This document shows, piece after piece, positions 60,810 through 64,000 of a stretch of 64,000 nucleotides of DNA (the first letter of the stretch is position 1; each line of letters opens with the position of its first letter). The stretch is taken from assembly GCA_963666565.1 (NCBI GenBank), contig OY762911.1, positions 1,632,001 through 1,696,000 of the forward strand, in the 5' to 3' direction. This stretch comes from Thermoanaerobaculia bacterium. GTDB lineage: Bacteria; Acidobacteriota; Thermoanaerobaculia; Multivoradales; Multivoraceae. Made by a program: the position numbers and the translations under genes. Under the pieces are notes generated by a model. The model saw only the letters and a program-made list of their open reading frames with translations, made no database searches and was not told the origin of the DNA.

Positions 60810-61988
60810 ATGCGCGACGGCGAGATCATCTACGCCGACTATCAGGCGACAACTCCTGTCGACCCGCGTGTGGTCGACCGGATGGCTCCGTACTGGAACG
60901 AGGCCTTCGGCAACCCGCACTCTAGCGACCACATCGTCGGGTGGCGGGCTGCTCAGGCCGTCGAGGATGCCGCGGACTCAGTTGCGGGCTTGATCGGCGC
61001 CGACGCCGACGAGATCGTCTTCACGTCGGGGGCCACAGAGGCGAACAACCTCGCGTTGTTCGGCTTGGCGCGACGAGCGCCGCCGGGCCGTAATCGCATT
61101 CTCGTCAGCGCCATCGAGCACAAGTGCGTCCTTGCCACCGCACGGGCGCTTGCGGCCCGCGAGGGCTTTGTCGTGGAGAGCCTTCCTGTGGACCGGGAGG
61201 GTGTGGTAGCCCCGGCGGACTTGGAAGCGCGAGTCGGCGATGACGTGCTCGTCGCATCCGTCATGGCGGTGAACAACGAGGTCGGGACGGTTCAGGACGT
61301 GCCGGGCTTAGCGGCGGTTCTTCATGCTCGCGGCATACCCCTTCACTGCGATGCCGCGCAGGGGCCTTGCGGCATGTGGGTTGGCGACTTGGCCTCACAG
61401 GCCGACTTGATCAGCCTCTCTGGTCACAAGATGTACGGTCCGCAGGGAGTTGGCGCGCTGTACGTGAGTCGCGATCTTCAGACTGCCCTCGAGCCCCTTA
61501 TCTACGGTGGCGGGCAGCAGGACGGCCTTCGGTCCGGCACTGTGCCACTGCCGCTCTGTGCCGGCCTGGGTAGTGCGGCCGTTTTGCTCACCGGCCCGAA
61601 GGCTACGGAGGAGCGTAAGGAGCTCCGGAGGCTGCGGGACCGGTTTGTAGATCTCCTCCGTGCCGGCACCTACCGGCTGTCGGGGAACGGTCCCGCCACC
61701 GGTGGCCATCCGGGCAACGTCAACCTCCGGTTTCACGGCTACGATGCACGGGACGTGTTGGCGGCGCTGCAACCGCGCCTCGCGGCATCGACAGGTGCGG
61801 CCTGTGCTTCCGGCATCCCCGAGCCGTCGCACGTGCTTCGAGCCCTTCGCCTCAGTGGCGACGCATGCGACGAGTCTATTCGGTTCAGTTTCGGCCGATT
61901 CACGACCGAGGAAGAAGTCGAGGCTGCCGCCGCGCTCGTGCTGCGGGCGTTGGCGTCGCTCCCTGTAGGCCCCCCGCTGGACTGCTGA
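60810..61988 (+). CDS. Cysteine desulfurase (IscS/SspA/DndA-like)
   Basis: DYQATTP, FTSGATEANN, HCDAAQ, SGHKMYGPQG, STGAACASG. Confidence 0.92.
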   Translation: MRDGEIIYADYQATTPVDPRVVDRMAPYWNEAFGNPHSSDHIVGWRAAQAVEDAADSVAGLIGADADEIVFTSGATEANNLALFGLARRAPPGRNRILVSAIEHKCVLATARALAAREGFVVESLPVDREGVVAPADLEARVGDDVLVASVMAVNNEVGTVQDVPGLAAVLHARGIPLHCDAAQGPCGMWVGDLASQADLISLSGHKMYGPQGVGALYVSRDLQTALEPLIYGGGQQDGLRSGTVPLPLCAGLGSAAVLLTGPKATEERKELRRLRDRFVDLLRAGTYRLSGNGPATGGHPGNVNLRFHGYDARDVLAALQPRLAASTGAACASGIPEPSHVLRALRLSGDACDESIRFSFGRFTTEEEVEAAAALVLRALASLPVGPPLDC

Positions 61989-62190
61989 GCCGTGCGGTCT
62001 GAGTGCTACAGTCCGCCGACTTGAGGTCAGGACCCTTGGCTGCAACGAGCAGCCCTGCGGACGCCTGACGCCCTGGAGTTGTTCGTGTGGCACGACGGAA
62101 GAGCTTCGGCCCCGATGCTCTCGGGTAAAGCCCGGAGCGTTCCTCTGACGTTGCCGCAGCGGTTCATCTCAGCATGGCGGGCAGGCTGAA

Positions 62191-63813
62191 GTGCCCTGCC
62201 CGGTGGTTGGCGGCCCCGGTCTCACGGTAGGCCGATTCCTCGATACGATTCCGGACCGAGAGGTTCGCCGCCTCTTGGAGGGCCGCACCTTGGCGCTTCT
62301 GAACGTCGTCTCGGGTTGCGAGGTCGAGGGTCCGCGACTGCGCCTAGCGGTCCGAGCGATGGTGGACTTCGGTGCGCTTCTGGAAGAGTCGAGGAGCCGG
62401 GCACTGGTGCTCGGCCTGCTCCCTGAGCCCAAGCGCGCCGAACTGGGTCACCGCCTTGGCAGGAGCGTGTCCTCGGATGCCGCAGAGAATTGGACCAAGG
62501 CCGATGTCAGCGGCCTTCGTGCCTTCTTCGGACTACTGGAGGACGATCGAGTTGTACCCTCGCCGTTGGCAGCGCCGGTCGAATCGGTCGTGCCCGCCTA
62601 CGGCCTGTTCGATCATCAGCGCGCTGCCGTTCGACGGTTGCTGCCCCTGCTGGCTGAAGACGAGCGTCGAGCGGTGCTGCACTTTCCCACCGGTGCGGGA
62701 AAGACGCGGACGGCGATGCACGTGGTCGCAAAGGCGCTGCGAGACGTTGAACCTTCGGTGGTGGTCTGGCTCGCGTCTGGCAGGGAGCTACTCGAGCAAG
62801 CTCTGCAATCCTTCAAGGAGGCCTGGACACGTCTCGGCACAAGGCCTCTGCAGCTTGGAACCATGTCTGGCAACCGGATGCCTGATCTGGCCGACTTCAA
62901 AGATGGGTTCCTCGCCGTCGGCCTGGAGAAGGGCTGGGCCGTACTCTCGCGGACGGACCCTGACTGGGCTGTGCGACTTGCACCACGTGTGCGATTGGTC
63001 GTCTTCGATGAGGCCCATCGGAGCACCGCACAGACCTATCGCCGCCTTACCGATGATCTGACCCTCGACTATCGCTGTGCACTCCTGGGACTGACTGCAA
63101 CGCCTGGTCGAACCTGGGCAGACATCGACGAGGATGGGGAGTTGGCCGACCTATACTCCAGGGCCAAAGTCGCGCTAGAGGTTCCTGGAGGTGGCAATCC
63201 GGTGAAGTACCTGATTGAGGGTGGCTACTTGGCTCGGCCGTTGTTCCGAACACTCTTCGCTAAACCCGGCGTCGAGATCGACGAGCAGGAAGTCGCCCGG
63301 ATCGCGAGAGCGATGGAGATACCGGAGAAGACCGTCGCTGCTCTGTCGGTGAGTGAACAGTATGTAACGGCCGTGCTTCAAGCGATCGAGGGCCTGCTTC
63401 GTGCTGGGCACCAGCGAGTTCTGGTCTTCGGTGCGAGTGTTGACCAGGTGCTCTTGCTGTCGGGTATTCTCCTTGCGCGCGGAATTCGTGGCTGGGCGGT
63501 CACAGGTCTGACGTCCCGTAGAGATAGAGACCATGCGATTCAGGAGTTCACGGCTGAGGACGACGTGCCCCGAGTTCTTGTGAATTTCGGAGTGCTGACA
63601 ACCGGGTTCGACGCGCCGAAGGCGAGCGCGGTAGTGATCGCAAGACCTACGAAGTCACTCGTCTTGTTCAGCCAGATGGTGGGACGAGCCATCAGGGGAG
63701 AGAGAGTCGGAGGTACGGCAACTTGCGAGATCGTCACCGTTGTGGATCCGAGCCTGCCTGGTTTCGGCGATGTGGCGGAGGCGTTCTTGAACTGGGAGGA
63801 CGTATGGCAATGA
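62191..63813 (+). CDS. SF2 DEAD/DEAH (ResIII-like) helicase
   Basis: PTGAGKT, DEAH, GLTATP, TTGFDAP, QMVGRAIR; start uncertain. Confidence 0.88.
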   Translation: MPCPVVGGPGLTVGRFLDTIPDREVRRLLEGRTLALLNVVSGCEVEGPRLRLAVRAMVDFGALLEESRSRALVLGLLPEPKRAELGHRLGRSVSSDAAENWTKADVSGLRAFFGLLEDDRVVPSPLAAPVESVVPAYGLFDHQRAAVRRLLPLLAEDERRAVLHFPTGAGKTRTAMHVVAKALRDVEPSVVVWLASGRELLEQALQSFKEAWTRLGTRPLQLGTMSGNRMPDLADFKDGFLAVGLEKGWAVLSRTDPDWAVRLAPRVRLVVFDEAHRSTAQTYRRLTDDLTLDYRCALLGLTATPGRTWADIDEDGELADLYSRAKVALEVPGGGNPVKYLIEGGYLARPLFRTLFAKPGVEIDEQEVARIARAMEIPEKTVAALSVSEQYVTAVLQAIEGLLRAGHQRVLVFGASVDQVLLLSGILLARGIRGWAVTGLTSRRDRDHAIQEFTAEDDVPRVLVNFGVLTTGFDAPKASAVVIARPTKSLVLFSQMVGRAIRGERVGGTATCEIVTVVDPSLPGFGDVAEAFLNWEDVWQ

Positions 63814-64000
63814 CGAACAAAGGCGAACAGCTCACCTTTCCGATCATCGATACGAAGATGACGGTTGAGGCGATGCGCGACAGTGGCTACAAGTCCACGA
63901 CGCATGCCTTGGCTGAGTTGATCGACAACGCGATAGAGGCCGACGCCACGTCGATAGAGATCTTCGGCCTAAGCCGCCGGGATCAGAGAACGAACAGATC
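63810..64000 (+). CDS. GHKL/MORC-type ATPase (3'-truncated by window)
   Basis: MTNKGEQLTFPIIDTKMTVEAMRDSGYKSTTHALAELIDNAIEADAT...; ExxxN N-box; ATGA overlap with the helicase. Not in the supplied ORF track. Confidence 0.8.
   Translation, partial: MTNKGEQLTFPIIDTKMTVEAMRDSGYKSTTHALAELIDNAIEADATSIEIFGLSRRDQRTNR

Overview
High-GC bacterial chromosomal window, probably an Acidobacterium (inferred from an acidobacterial-type VWA protein and the gene context; not provable from sequence alone). In order it contains: a TRAP transporter end, an Smr protein, a large secreted beta-barrel protein, murB/recA, two EPS glycosyltransferases, and the yceD-rpmF-plsX-fabHDG-acpP-fabF cluster. Next is a ~17 kb co-oriented aroDE-hisZGDCBHAF(IE)-trpEGDCFBA super-operon. 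After it come a PIN toxin-antitoxin pair, VWA and EamA genes, an ECF sigma/FecR/ABC locus, arfB, a PQQ-propeller, a hydrolase and a second PIN pair. From ~53.2 kb to the end is a compositionally distinct defence island with an Ssp-like phosphorothioation core (DUF4007, ATPase, PAPS-reductase-like, IscS-like), plus DUF262 + membrane protein and SF2 helicase + GHKL ATPase. Best non-obvious signals: (1) an unannotated 34-aa leader peptide ending ...SWWAHGHGKG, followed by an antiterminator/terminator that also hides the aroD Shine-Dalgarno, i.e. a candidate dual Trp+His attenuator over the fused operon; (2) REP/MITE elements inserted in frame inside hisD, trpF and other enzymes; (3) repeated duplications of RBS/start-codon junctions that create translationally coupled mini-ORFs; (4) a three-member ~160-177 bp palindromic element family with covariation; (5) a non-canonical Ssp-like island with paired CTGGAC-N5-GTCCAG operators. 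Product calls rest on motif recognition only; no database searches were run.
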